From positions 496,001 to 560,000 of the forward strand of contig NMRA01000036.1 of NCBI GenBank assembly GCA_002633005.1: a stretch of 64,000 bases of DNA. Direction: 5' to 3'. The translations under genes and the position numbers were made by a program. Below, piece by piece: positions 49,991-63,449 of the stretch (positions are counted from its first letter, which is position 1; the number at the start of each line of letters is the position of its first letter). Under the pieces are notes generated by a model. That model was not told the DNA's origin. It worked only from the letters and a program-made list of their open reading frames with translations, and searched no databases. Source of the stretch: Phoronis australis (taxonomy: Eukaryota > Animalia > Phoronida).

Positions 49991-52769
49991 AGAGCTGTAG
50001 GTTTGGTTGCCGTTTGTTTTGTTCTAAACTACAGCTCCTTTATATGTTCCCCGTTAGCCCAGTTGTCGATACCCAGGGGTAACCTCATTTACTAGGTTTG
50101 CACTTACAGTCGGAGTTGTGGCACTTGTTCCAGTGAGAACTGAGAGTATAAAGAAATGACGAGAGCAACGAAACTCCCCTGCTTGCTAACAGAGGGTGCT
50201 TTGTAAAATAGTGCAGAAATGGCGGAGAAAATAATCATGTAAACAGTCGCAAATCACCGTTTAAAAGTAAGCGAAAAATAGCAAAAAGCAGAGTAAACAA
50301 TCCTCAAAAAAATTATGTAAATGCTGCTTGTATATGCACTGTGATGTGAAGTAATGGATTATGGATTTGTCTCGCCTTTTTACCTAGTATGTTCTTGCAT
50401 CTGTGTACTGACTGTACGTATTACACCTGATGATGATGGTGTTGAGGAATATGGAAACGTTGTTCTTGTTATTTAATTTTGTAATAACTTTTATTCCTCT
50501 GATCTCGTCTTTGCTGGTCATATAATACCGGAGTGAGTGGTGATAGTAATAATTTGCAACTGTAAAACTATTGAGGCACTGTTTGAAATAGACAAAATGA
50601 GCATCACCTTACACGCTCCAAAATTACTTGTGGTTCTAAGAAGTGTTATTTTCTTCATATTGTTTACACGTCACCACGAGTTGGTTCCAAAATGTATCAC
50701 GCTTTTTAAAGTCTGCTTCCAGTCCTGGGTATACAGTTTTGATTTTTTTTCGTAATAATGTCTGCAGTATCACCAATCATGTATTATTCCATTACACATA
50801 CTCTTGCATTTTGGTCAATTTACGAAGTATGTTCCATTTAGGAACACTTCAATCCCTTTTGAAAACTCAAATTAACCTTTTCAGAACTCTTAATATTATT
50901 ACCACAACCAAATCACAAATTCTGTGAAAAGTGAAATGACTAAACTTGCAAACTATTGCTATTAATTTTTCTGTATTATTCTTCGGTATATCCCGGAACC
51001 TATATTCTCCTCACCTACAGTTCTCCAACTGATATCTCTCTGTTCCAACGTAGTATACTTTTTATGTTCTCTCGTTCCGACATTCCGCCCGCATGGAATT
51101 CCTGGGCCACGATGTTCCTTCCCTCTTTCCGATATTTCCCGGCTCGGTGCTAACTAGTTCCTTATAAGTTGGGTGCCTTTCCTAATTTCCATTATACCGG
51201 AGGCCAGAAGCTTTTTAGTCGTCTATCAAATCCTGAACCAAGAGGTTTACATATCCAATTAACGTGACCATGTTTCTCTTTTTGCTTTTTAAGCATCAGC
51301 ATCTGCTCCTGTGAACAGGGACGTAGGAAGTGAGCTTAGAGGCGGAGGGCACGAGCCACACAATAATTTCCAGGCGTCGTGGTATAGGCGACCAATATAG
51401 GCGTTGGGCCGGGTGCATGACAATCGAAAGCAGAAAAACACAGCGAAACCAGTAACACTGATACAAAACAGTTAACAGAACATTTGTCATCTGCCAGTTG
51501 TTCACCCTAGCTGGGACATTTTCAATTAAGGATGACACATTGTCCTTTAACGTCCTTGACAACGCATTCTTCACATACAATGTACAGTGTCAAACGTATG
51601 AAAAGTTTTCTCGGTTTATGACAATAAAGTACGTGGTCCGTCGGCTTCCCTTCAACTGACAAGCCATACTATTACTCACACCTTGAAAAGTGACTGAGAT
51701 GCAAAGTGGGCCGGCAGTTTGCAGTGGTTCAGCTTGCAAATTATTCAGGTAGTTTCCATCCTATCTCATTTGAGAATTAAAAATCGTGGAGTGTTTCTGT
51801 TTGTCGTTAATGATTTGAAAATAGGCTGGTAGGTGGAGCTCAAAATACACACATCAAAGCTGAAAGCATGCACGTCGAAACACTAAAAAGTTATCTTCCT
51901 TTTTTGTACTTTAGAACATCACATGCGCTCAACCGAATTTTTTTATTATAACTCCACTATAAAACAGCCCTACATGCATTTGCGTTAAAAAATAATGATG
52001 ATCATATATTAGGCTAAATTGTTTGACGATAACTCATTATTGTAGTGTTTTCAATCGTGTTCTTCCATTTACCTTAGGTACAGTTTAACATGAATCAATA
52101 AGGAAAGTGGACGGACGGTGTGTACAATAAAATCCAAATGCAACTTACTTTTACATTCGAAGAAACTGAAACAAGAAAGCGTTTGTTTAAATGTTGATGA
52201 AAAGCCAGAAGGTCTCTCGTCAAGGAATATAAAAGTTTAAGTTTTAGCAAATACCAAAGCCTGTCGCACGCCCATTTCACCAAAATCTATAGGACACCAC
52301 GTGGTATAATCGTCTTCATATACTGAAAGTTTGGTAGATACATTGCTTCAGTTGCTCCATGGAAACTCTCTATTTAAATAATCCTACATCAATCGAAAAA
52401 TGTCCAGTGAAAGTTACTATTAAACCGACCGCCTTCTATGGTGCGGCGTACTAAAAACGTAGAGTACTCTGAGACTTATGACGAATGTTTCAGTGCCAAT
52501 CTTTATTTGATTGGTAAACTAAACAAAGAGACGAGTAAGATAAAACACCAGTATTGTCTGCCACCTCACCGTTGAGCAAGAAGGGGCTTCAAGGGTAGAG
52601 AGAAGGAGGGACAGAATTAGCATCTGAGGAAAAAGACTAATAGCAAACAGTACTTTCTTAGTCTTGATGACTGATTAAATGTTGTTATGAATGACATTTA
52701 CAAATACATGTACTATGCACACCTCGGGATTACAACAATGATCTACTTAGTTAAAAAGCATGAAGAAAT

Positions 52770-53380
52770 AAGTGGCATTTTACTGTCCAGCCTTCGAAGT
52801 GTCTGACATGTGTGTTCTTATCAAAGGAGAATTCTAACTGGCACGGTGTAGAACACAAATTAATTACTGGATGCTTTAAAAGCTCTATGTAATTGCCGTA
52901 AAATCTTGTAATACCCGTTAACAATGTAGATCTCCCTGAGATGTCGTGTCACTCGGGACCAATTCTTCACATTTAAATGAAGTTGGTATTGATTCTCCAA
53001 AGAGATAGGGCCTACAACGTGAGGTCAATTCTCGAAGACTTTATGAAATTTGAAACTTTTGATACAGTTATGAGTGAATTAATCAATTTTATTTTCGTCT
53101 GTAGACAAGAAGTTTTTTTATCATTAATAACTGAAAACAACAATGAATTTAACATATTTATTGCATTTCCGATCGTACAAGTAGATAACAGACATGTTTT
53201 GTGATCAACAACTTTTTCTATGTTATCCTGCAATCAATAACCAAATTGTTACAAGCAAATTCAACGATTCTGGTCGTCAGCAACTATCTTTTCACAGATC
53301 ACAAATTAACAAACCTAATATCTTGGAAAAAGCAAACTGAGATCGGTTTTACATCGCTAAGTAGACTGGAAAAAAGGTTG
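52770..53380 (-). mobile_element. Highly decayed L1/Tx1-like LINE fragment
   Basis: KIKLINSLI.VSK motif and broken coding-like sequence; weak. Confidence 0.3.
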
Positions 53381-54015
53381 TAATGAGACAAAAAGACAGG
53401 TTTATAGCAACTTATATGCAATGAGACTCATCAAAAAAACATTTTTGACAAGCCTTCATAAACAGTTTTCTCAAAAAACTTATTTTACAGCGTATGTGCA
53501 ACAAACCCAAAAAAGCACCAAGAATCGAGCAATCTCGAAACAGGACAGTCGGAACACTTAAAACCATACGACATCATACCATGAACAAAACAACACAATA
53601 CCAAATGATCATTTTTGAAACAGAAAAATATACGAGTATCACATTCGAAATGGTACAGCCGCCGTCAACACTAACTCAACAGTTATAATTGAAAAAAAAC
53701 ATCGGTAGTTAAAAAGAGAGATGACTGCTATGCATGTAACAAATAATGCCACTAAAATTGCTAAAACATCAGACTTCTGTCATAGAAACCAATCAGCTTT
53801 TTGGTTGGAACTAGTTTTTAACGCACATAATACCTGCCATCCCAAGCCAGCTTAACCCAATTTGAGCAAAAACCTAGTATTGTTTTTTTATTCTCTAACT
53901 AATAAATAACCTCTGTAGAGAAAACCAGGCAGAACAACTTTATATCCGGTGGTGGACAAGAATAAAAAAGTTAAATTGACACAAGGCAAGTTTAAGCTGC
54001 TTAAAATGTCTTTAA

Positions 54016-57000
54016 GAGTCAATGCATGAGAAGGTCAGGCAATTTGCAGTATTCTGGGAACATGACATGTCACGAATTTTAAATTTGATATAGTATGCAT
54101 ATCATTTGGGGGGGAATTAGCTCCAAAACATAAACATTAGTTTTGTCCCTAGTCACTTTGTAAGTATAGAACAAATAACTAAATCGGGTGAGAAATTGGC
54201 GGTAACCCCTTGTGCGTGACGGTTGAAAATGACCCAATGTTTCAATGGAAATTAAACCACTTTTCAGGGGTTAAAAAAATCAAAATTTGATCGAGTGATA
54301 CACTACTATCCTCTTTAAATTTGACAATGTCAAAAAAATATCACAATGCCGTATTTTGATATTTTTAAAGAACTTTTGAATGCCTTGCCTCTACGGGCCA
54401 AAAGCAGCGACCCATTTAGACCTAATTAGAGGCCTATGTAATTCAAGCGCGCAAAATTGCTCACTGACCGTCCACACATAGATTTTTTGATAGCTACAGC
54501 CCTCGTCTGTGACAAGATATCTTTATTTCTGTGGACAGAACCTGTTTTAATCCTCGAATTAACACTTAAGCGAAGGCACTTTTGCAACTCGAAAGGAACT
54601 CGAGCAGCTTGTTGGCATGGGTTGGCATGATAGCCAACAACACCCGAAGATCGTGGCTATGATGTGCGGAGAAAGCGGGCTGCCAAAGTCACAGGTATTG
54701 AAATAGAAGGTGACGTTCATGATTTAAGTGCATGGTCGTTGAAGTCAAATCAAATCTATAACTTTTGCTATTTATTTCATTCACTGGCTGCTCCTAGTTG
54801 ACATAACAGTCAACACGGAAATATGCTGTGTGATGTGCTGTATTGCAACTCAACAAAAAGTGAAGCTAGCTGCTGTCCAACTTTACCCAACAGCCTATGC
54901 ACGCTTGGACATTCTTACAAATTTAGGCTTGATTTTTGACGTGAAGTCAATTAATCAAGCTACTCCAACAGCACAACTCTCTCACATACGAACACAGCTT
55001 CTGGATTTGCCAGCTCAGTTTGTGAATTCACAAATCATGGCTTACCCAACCAAAAAGCATGTCTCCTGGTCCTATGCACTAAGAAATATCTCACAGACTG
55101 CAAACACAGCTTCCGTACGTATAAACACTCCTCACACACTATTCCCAGAGTCATGCACATTAATCTCAGTCACATGAGTTTTGAGCCGAGTTTGGTGTGT
55201 GTGAACGGAGATCGGCTCACAATTAGGTGTGTGAGTGGTGTTCACGATTGTTTGACCATTGTTGTTCAGGTAGCCTGCCAATGGACTAGATAACATATAC
55301 CATCTTATTGATTTTTGCATTTGCAGGTGTAAAAAACAAAGGCAGATAGTACCCAAACAGCATGAGAGTAATACATAACAATGAGGTGGTCTCTGAAATC
55401 AGCATGAAGATCTGAAAGAATGATTGAAAACGTAAAGAAGATTTTGACTGATTCGTTCAACGAAGGCACGAAAACTGGTAAAAATCGATCCAGTGAGGTG
55501 TTTTCAATAGACAAGAACTGTAAAGAAAGGCCGTGTCCAGTTGAGGTTTGCACAAGAAGAATGGCGCACATTAAAGCAAATCGGAAACTTCTTCACGAGA
55601 CTTGCTGCTCAGCAGAAGCGTAGACCATACAGCTCAGACTCTGATGAAGATAATGGCACTGTTGCACAGGCAATTAAAATGCTGAGATGTGTGCTTGTGT
55701 GTTTGACCAAATGGTGGTGTCCCAGCCTGTAATGTTTCGGAACTTTGATTTGAGTCACCTGTCACAACAGAAGACTTTGAATAAGTTGAAGGTGGAAGAT
55801 TTAAGGGTTGCTTGCCAGTATTTGGGCATCACTGTTCCTTCACAGTTGAAAAGGACTTCTATTTGGATATTTTGAGCAGTGTCCATGAAGATCACAATCA
55901 TCAGTACGAGAGTGCCCCTTTAACTATCGTTTCCAGGTTATTTGTATACATACATATACAGTACAAGCCAAAAGTATTAAAAAATGGCTCCGATTTTCTT
56001 GCCATGACGGATGAGCAGAAGTCGAATTCGTGGTCAAAGTGGTCTTTCTTGGTGACTGAGAATGAAGGGGAATTAACAAAAAAGTTAGTTTGGTGGCTAA
56101 GGCATTCTGTAATTAGCCGCCGTTATAATCGGTCATTTTCGCATTAAGAGAACTAGTCGTCAAGCTAGGCAAAGATTTATATTGTCTGATTATTTTGCGT
56201 TGTTCTGTATGACTGTTTGAGTGCATGCAAGCATGTCTGTGTGGACCCATTATGCTGTCATCCCTGTCTTTTTGTATGGCATCCGCTGCTGCATCTCCAA
56301 ACCCTTGGTGAATGTGAAATTTTAAAGATGGGATGACACAAGAGAATTTTCGGATGTACCACTGTGCACCTAGTGGCAACTTTACTTCTTCATGGTAGTC
56401 TCTTTATCTAGCAAGTTCCTTGACTGATTTTCATCAAATTTCTCAAATAGATTTCAGTTATGGAGACGACCACAATTTCCTATTTCCTTACGTGTTTCTA
56501 TGTAATATATACAACAGTGTTGCCACTGAGATGAGTACGGCTCACATTGATTATTGATTGGACGATCTCCTATGATGCCCCCTAGTAGCAATTTATGTTT
56601 TCTTTATGTATGCCTCTATTTCGTGCAATATAGTTATTTTTTCCATTTTCGATTGGATTCAAAGTATTCAGTGCCAATAAAGGTTATTATTTCTGTCAGC
56701 GGCCTCTCTGTTCTTTAAAGTGCTTGGAGAACAGTTAAGAAATTTTGCTCATGTGTTCCTGTTGAGATGATCACGAGTGACAGGTTTTCTGATGGGTGCA
56801 ATCACTGTGGCTTTGGGAATTGCATTTTTTGTTTACCTGTGTGGCAATATGTACACAAGTTCTTTTGATGAATCAGGGTGAAATTTGGAGTATGTGTTGC
56901 ATTATTGAGGAGTATGCCCGCCATAAACTTTAGGACATGTCTGAGTGCCGTGACGTCCTCTAGTGGTTCTAGCTGCATCTACTAAGTTTCTTGATGGATG

Positions 57001-57363
57001 GAATTTGGTGACAAATAGGTGTCAAGAATATGACAGCGGCTGCCTTGTTGAAGATGAATATAATGTATGCTGCACAACCTAGTGTTTTTTATTTTATATA
57101 TTATATGAATACGCCTGGAAGCATACTGTCAGAGGTGCAGTTGTGGACGCATATCAGCGCTTTGCGTGACTGCTGAATGATGTTGACAAAAAACTACAGT
57201 GTGATGTAGACTATGGTTTCATTTTTACTTCTTTTGATTACTGATCTCGATCTCCGAAACTTTAGGTTGACCATTCCACCTAAGAGTAAAAATAATCTAT
57301 ATTTCAAAAAAATCTGTGACATGTCATGTTCTGGGATCTGCCTGACTTTCTCATGCAGTGCTC
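54016..57363 (+). mobile_element. Sola3-like DNA transposon, internally deleted and decayed
   Basis: TTAA|GAG...CTC|TTAA; TIRs share tgcatgagaa.gtcaggca...gaacatgacatgtcac; transposase C-terminal remnants W.LK...VK..LT..FNEG..TG.. and RF..EEW.T..QI..FF.RLAA at 55380-55630. Confidence 0.75.
56265..57175 (+). mobile_element. HINE-like element nested in the Sola3 element
   Basis: Repeated c(c/t)ctagtgg/gaaatttgg cores shared with 18205-19230; degenerate 3' hairpin near 57155. Confidence 0.5.
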
Positions 57364-57367
57364 TTAA

Positions 57368-59312
57368 AAGTGCCACACACCAGAGATATGTTCACTCTCA
57401 TACATGAGCACTCAATTACGCAAATAGATAAACAGTTTCCTTTAGAACGTAAACCTACAGTGGGTTTATCACCCCTCTGGGCAATTTTTTCCTGCTGTGA
57501 ACCGTACTTCACTCTTAAGGTCGTTTTCTCATTACTCTAGAGAGCACCGGAAGAAAACTATACCATTAGCTGAAACAAGAGATGACTACAAGTACATGCA
57601 GGAATTGTTAATTCACATAATACGCCATCATTCAAAATTGGTTCCTGGTTATACACAGCATGACCCTCCCCCCCTCCGTTATCTAGTCCAGTCACGAATA
57701 ACGTCATCGTAACCGAGCGCTGTCCCGTCATCAGACATCTTTTCAAACCTCCTCCCCTTCGAGTTCAGTAATGGCGTAATATGTGAGTGGTCCCAATACC
57801 TTCCAATTAGGAGTCATCATGGAAAAATTTATGTACTATTTCCTGGTTGCCTTCTTTGAGAACTTGACTACGAGAACTTGTAAATATGGCTGGGAAGACA
57901 CAATGACCATTGCTGGCCTCTTTCCTGGTCCAGGCTCCACTGCGGTGAACAGTCAGTTTCGTGCAAGCCAAAATTCAGTTCCTAACTGTATTGACTTCGT
58001 TACCTGGATATTCACGTAAGTTGACTGACCTGACAAGCGTGGTGTCAGTGCTCATTAGAAGCACTTTATGAGCACACTAGCTCCGGTCACTTCTTGAGAA
58101 AGGGCATGATCAAAGAATTGGTTCAGCAACCACTGGTGATTATAGCGATCTTGGGTAATCGAGTGTTATCGATGGTAATGTGATGCGCACGCATTAGCCT
58201 GCCTGAGAATGTTTTTGTCTTAGCACACATTTAGGGATTGAACTCTTTGTGAAAAGTAGATACGTGTAGGCGTTTGAATCGTGTATTCTGTCTTGTTGAT
58301 CGGCGTATGAATATATATAGAAGTGTTAGCCAATACTTTGGAAATGTGACTTTGCCATAACTAACACTAAGTTTGCGTATGTGATTTGTATTCAAACACA
58401 ACTATTAACTCTCTGGTCATTTAGAAAATGCGAATTAATTTGATTCTGTGCTATTTTGATGACCGGCAGGAAACTAGAAGTAGGTGTTAGTGGAGAAAGA
58501 GCCAAGACGGCGTAGGTTTTGGGATATCATTTTACACACTTGACCAATAGCCTGTTTGTTACAAAATAAGAAAGTATTACGCAGTGATTCAGTTGTCGGA
58601 TTTCACAGCACAACGGGAAAGTCGTTAAGAGGAGTGGGAAATATCGGTCAAATAAATATGCTCAAAAAATCTTCTCATGTGCGCAGTTCAGCGTTACGAA
58701 CTAACACATAGGCGTAGCCAAGTTTGAGAGATCGAGGCTACGACACGTACTAGGCTTATGCATTGTGTTTAGACCATGCTCATTCCATCATGGCATGGGT
58801 GAATACCAGTGACCCATGATTACTGCAGCCTTTGTCAGTGATTATTAAGTGTTTATTTTGTGGATATTGACCACCCCTAAGTTCAGTTGGTTGCAGCTCA
58901 CATGTGTGTGAATCATTTCTCGTGCAAATGGGCCGAGTTCATACGGCCTAAAAGCCGACGAAAGTTCGCTGAGTGGGACATTGAATTTATTGTCTAGTTC
59001 TTCATGTATTTGAGTGTGATACCCGTATCCTCTCTCCTGTCTGGCTGCACAATAGTTGTCCAGTTTTCGCTCAAAATCCTCTTTGTCTTTTGATCTGCTG
59101 TGTTTCGCCATTGTAAATGATTATCAAGTGACCAAACGGCTTCCACTCATTACGTCATTTAGCGGGAAACTTGGAAATAACTAATTTTTCTTAGCATTAA
59201 AAATTCCGCGACTATTTGGCATAAAAAGTGTTTTAAGTTAGATTTTATGGTATTCTGTTCATACTAGCTAACTGAAACCTCAAAAACTAAAAAATTGCAT
59301 AGTAGGGAATCT
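57368..59312. mobile_element. Probable decayed Kolobok element
   Basis: Flanked by TTAA (57364-57367, 59313-59316); right end gcatagtagggaatCT|TTAA; plus-strand transposase-tail-like YSR...DYKYMQELL (57530-57710); convergent minus ORF 59111-58845 with RPYELGP, resembling the PY.FEP motif of Kolobok ORF2. Confidence 0.4.
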
Positions 59313-60284
59313 TTAAAGGCTATAGCGAGGCATTTTAGAAAGTTCTTCTTTTTCTTTGAAAATGTTGTTGGCGTGGTACCTCAGAAAGTTCACCCGTTGC
59401 ACCGACTCGGAGGTGCTAGTTGCATTTGGGGATCTGGACTTCGTTTTCAAAGCCATGGTTAGATAAGTTGAAGTTACGCACTGAAAAAGTAACTATTAAA
59501 GTAAAATTATCTAAATTGAAAATGTCCGTAGTTCATTGGTTACTTTCAGATATGTTGGAAATAAAATGTTGTAAAGATATTCATTTGCATGGCTTAACAA
59601 AAATCAGCTACCACATAAAATTATAGTCTTAAAGCTGTGTGCATCTTGAGGAAACAGCAAACAATTTGGTCACCCTGTAACAAACGCTTGTTTATAGTGG
59701 GGTCATTACGTGACATCGTGTTATGTGCCATGGGAGTTTTTACGAAACTATAGAGACTGCTTGGGCACCCCACTATAATCTTAGAGTGGCCGCAGCCAAG
59801 GAATGACCAACAGCAGCTAGATAATATGTATTCAGTTAACAGCTACAACAAAATAACAACAAAACAACAACAACAATAACAACAACATGAAGAGAGCATA
59901 AGGCACACCCAACCTAACTGAAAGGCCGACCAGATTCTGCAATCAAACGCCCTACACCAATAATGGCATAAGGTCGTTAGCAGTTCTTAATGTCACTATC
60001 TCGAATCTATGCTTTTTGTGCTGATACATTCACACCGAGATCTGAAAGATTTTGCCTTAGCCTGAAGTAATAAGAACTCCCAGTTTTCCCCCATAGAATT
60101 TGTCTAAGCAATTTATTGTAACCAAAGTCACTTCTGATGTATAACAACAAGGCATTAACGTCGGTTTGGATGCGTTAAAAGGCCTCTGAAGAAAATAGTG
60201 TTCAACATGAGAACATGTGTTACTGCCGTTTTAAGTGACCATCCCATTTGTTCACAAATTTGTTCATAAACTTCAGGACCAGAG

Positions 60285-60915
60285 CGGCACTATCCTATCT
60301 GTTCATTGATAGTGGGATCATTACATGGCACCATCCTATCCGTTCATTAATAGTGGGGTCGTAACATGTCACCATACTATCATCCTGACTTTACTGGCAG
60401 ACAATCGAGCATAGCACAATGATGTCTCCTACTCCTCTGAGCTCGACCTCACTGGTGAGTGTATGTAAAGGATTGAACGACAACCTTGATATAATGCGAA
60501 AGCGATTTCTGGGGCATCCTATCCACTGATTAATGGTGAGATCACTACACGGCACCATTCTATCCGCTTACTAATTGTAGGATCGTTACATAGCACCGTC
60601 CTATTTGTCCAGTAGTATTGGGACCATTACCTGGCACCATCCTGTCCGTTTATTAATAGTGGGATCATTACATAGCACCATCCTATCCGTTCATTAATAT
60701 TGAGATCGTTACATGGCATTACCCTGTCTGCTAATTAATAGTGGGATCATTGCATAGCACCATCCTACCGGGGCATTAATTGTAGGATCGTTACATACCA
60801 CCACCCTATCCGCTCATTAAAGAAGGAATCATTACCTAGCAACATCCTGTCCGCGCATTAATAGTGGTATCATAACATAGCACTATCCTAGTTACTCATT
60901 AATGGTAGGACCATT
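60285..60915. repeat. 41-bp minisatellite, array 1 (interrupted)
   Basis: Consensus atcattacatagcaccatcctatccgctcattaatagtggg; about 12 diverged copies. Confidence 0.9.
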
Positions 60916-61049
60916 ACTCTTACAGCAAATGAATCACTACAGAATTACTGTAGCTGAATACGAATTTTCAATAGACACCTCTCAAACCTTAACCAATATG
61001 TTCCCCTGAAATGGATCACATCTACTAGCTAACTAATATCTATCGGAGC

Positions 61050-62050
61050 TCCCAAAACTATTCTTAACCTGCTTCTCTTCTTAATTTGCATCAATTTTCT
61101 GCCATATTCGTCTCTCATGGACACACTTTGTTATGCAAACTACACTTGTCATGTCACACCTTACACTCTCACAGCATTTTCCCAACACACTTTGCAACAA
61201 TCATTTATAATGAACAACAGCCTTGAATATATTTCAATATTATTTTCCGAAAATAAATTTTCATTTAATACACCAAATGTAAATTAATGGTCTTTCAGAA
61301 GAAAATTTACACACATGTAACTCCCGCCATTTATAAAATTAGCAAAACCATCAGTCAGGTGGACGATTTCCCTATCCTTGGTACAATGTATTTTCGCTGA
61401 TAAAACCTCTTATGGTGCCTCGCATTAACTTCCTTTTATTAACAAACTTAACAAACTCGATGGACTCATATATAATTTGAAACCCAGTCTTCACGTCCCA
61501 ACTCCTAAGGTAATATAACTCACTTGGGGTTTTGGCAACACACGGAAACTGCTGAAAGTCCACCAAGAAAATCTTTCGAAATATTTTAGCACTCGCTCTC
61601 TGGCCACACATACACATATGTAATGGACTCCACCTCACTCTACTTTGTCATATCTTTACAATTGTGCAACAAATTCCTCAATCATCAGGACTGGGTTGCA
61701 TAATACTTAAAACTTGATTGATGTGAGACGACAGGTGCATTGTTCAACAATAACAACGTAGCGCGTGATAATGAGACGTCATTGTTGCTATGCAGCGCAT
61801 AACTTTTATGCAACTGGGACCTGCAGATACATAAGTATTGTAACACTAACAACTTCTTTAGGAGACCGATCCAATATAAACCCACCCGACACAGTAGAAT
61901 TCCCACATACTTGAATCAGTATTTTGCCACTATTCCAACAACACAACCCAAAATTAATTTTAATTCCCCATCCAACAAACTGTCATCAGGGGTATGTATC
62001 ATATTTGTAATTCCTTGTGTCAATAACTGCAACGAAATGCCAATCTCTGC
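61050..62050 (-). mobile_element. Decayed non-LTR retrotransposon (CR1/L2/Daphne-like) RT and 3' region
   Basis: Minus-strand PDD(YADD-like)...FKYVGIL and downstream ...VW...ELGR motifs with stops. Confidence 0.5.
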
Positions 62051-62054
62051 TCTA

Positions 62055-62440
62055 TGGTATCATTACATAACACCATCGTATCCGCATATTAATACTGGGA
62101 TCTTTACATAGCACCATCCTATCCGCTCATTAACGGTGGGATTTTAACAGAGCACCATCTTATCTACTCATTAACGGTGGGATCATTACATAGCACCATC
62201 CTATCCGCTCATTAACGGTGGGATTTTAACATAGCACCATCTTATCTGCTCATTAACGATGGGATCATTACATAGCACCATCCTATCCGGTTGTTCATTA
62301 ATAGTGGGACCAATACATAGCATCATCCTGTCCGCTCATTAAGAGTGGGATGAGTACATGGCGCCATCCTATCCGGTCGTTGGCAAGGGGATCGTTACAT
62401 AGCATAATCTTTTCCGCTCATTAATAAAGGATCTATTGCA
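62055..62440. repeat. 41-bp minisatellite, array 2, with an 82-bp higher-order alternation
   Basis: Same unit as array 1; alternating atcctatcc...gattttaac / atcttatct...gatcattac units at 62100-62290. Confidence 0.9.
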
Positions 62441-62578
62441 TGATACCAAGTACTTATGCATTAAGCTTGGTTACTTTTAACTATGTGTAGCTAAATATCT
62501 AAGTCATTTAGCATTCGCACATCGTTCACAGGGGAAGTCGGGTTGTGGAAAATGTGAAGTAATGAACTTCATCAAACA

Positions 62579-62723
62579 CATGGGCGGCGCACCATAGGAG
62601 GCTGCGGGGGGGCTATAGCCCCACGTTTTTCAGTGCTACGCCACACATGGTCTATAGGCGGTGCACCACAGGGGGGCTAAGGGGGCTTCAGCCCCCCACT
62701 TTTTCGGTGCTGCACCGCCCATG
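62579..62723 (+). mobile_element. Dimeric CATGGGCGG MITE with 5-bp TSD (AAACA)
   Basis: CATGGGCGGCGCA / TGCACCGCCCATG; AAACA at 62574-62578 and 62724-62728. Confidence 0.8.
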
Positions 62724-63188
62724 AAACATCAGGCAAACACCACGTTGATTCACAAATTTGTTCACAACAACATCTACTACTGTAACATTCGCATTACCAT
62801 GAACTTAAAACGTTTTAATCAGAAGGTTCGTTTAGAAAGCCTCAAATTTAAAGCGTGTTCTGTTCACATGACTAATTTGATACCACTAAAACGCTGAGTA
62901 GTTGAACAGCAGCTCCGATTGCAGTACATGTTTTCAGCTGCGTACATTTGCATGATGTGGCATCAGTTGACTTGTGTACATGACCTATTAAAACGTTCCA
63001 GTTAAGGTACTCTTCTTTCAGACGACTAATTTAAACCGTTGTAACTTGAAATGTTCTAGCTAAAACGTTTTAAGAAGCTCGTTTGACTACAGGTAAGTTA
63101 GTGTTTTGTTGAAACGAACCGCCATGGTTGCTACCACGACAACGGTCAAATTTTCCAAGTTCACTACAATCGTTTCTGACATGTTAGC

Positions 63189-63449
63189 CTATTTCGATTT
63201 CTTTCTGGTTTCCGGTGGATCCTTAGCCGTGTCCTGTTCGTCAGCTATTCCGAAGAAGGCATCACGAAAACGTGCAGAGATGAGGCTGTAGCTGACAGGA
63301 TAGCTGATGGAAATGATTTTGGCCAGAAGTGGAACCATGGCACACAGCCACTTGGGAATGGTCGAGGGCTCAATAAAGAAGACGGCCAGGCACACGTAAC
63401 CAAACAGGGACCACTGAAGAGCAGTCAAAAAGCAAAACCAATTTCCCAT
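63189..63449 (-). CDS. Last coding exon (TM6-TM7-tail) of an opsin, probably retinochrome/RGR-type
   Basis: ttttgcag acceptor, phase 0, TAG stop; W..F....L......P..IP..L..M.PLLAK.....YP..Y......FR; Lys at the retinal-binding position (codon 63318-63320); upstream exons not recognised in the window. Confidence 0.75.
   Translation of the reverse strand: MGNWFCFLTALQWSLFGYVCLAVFFIEPSTIPKWLCAMVPLLAKIISISYPVSYSLISARFRDAFFGIADEQDTAKDPPETRKKSK

Noticed and set aside
60285-62440. CRISPR-like regular repeats
   Set aside because: Units are contiguous without unique spacers, there are no cas genes, and the context is eukaryotic
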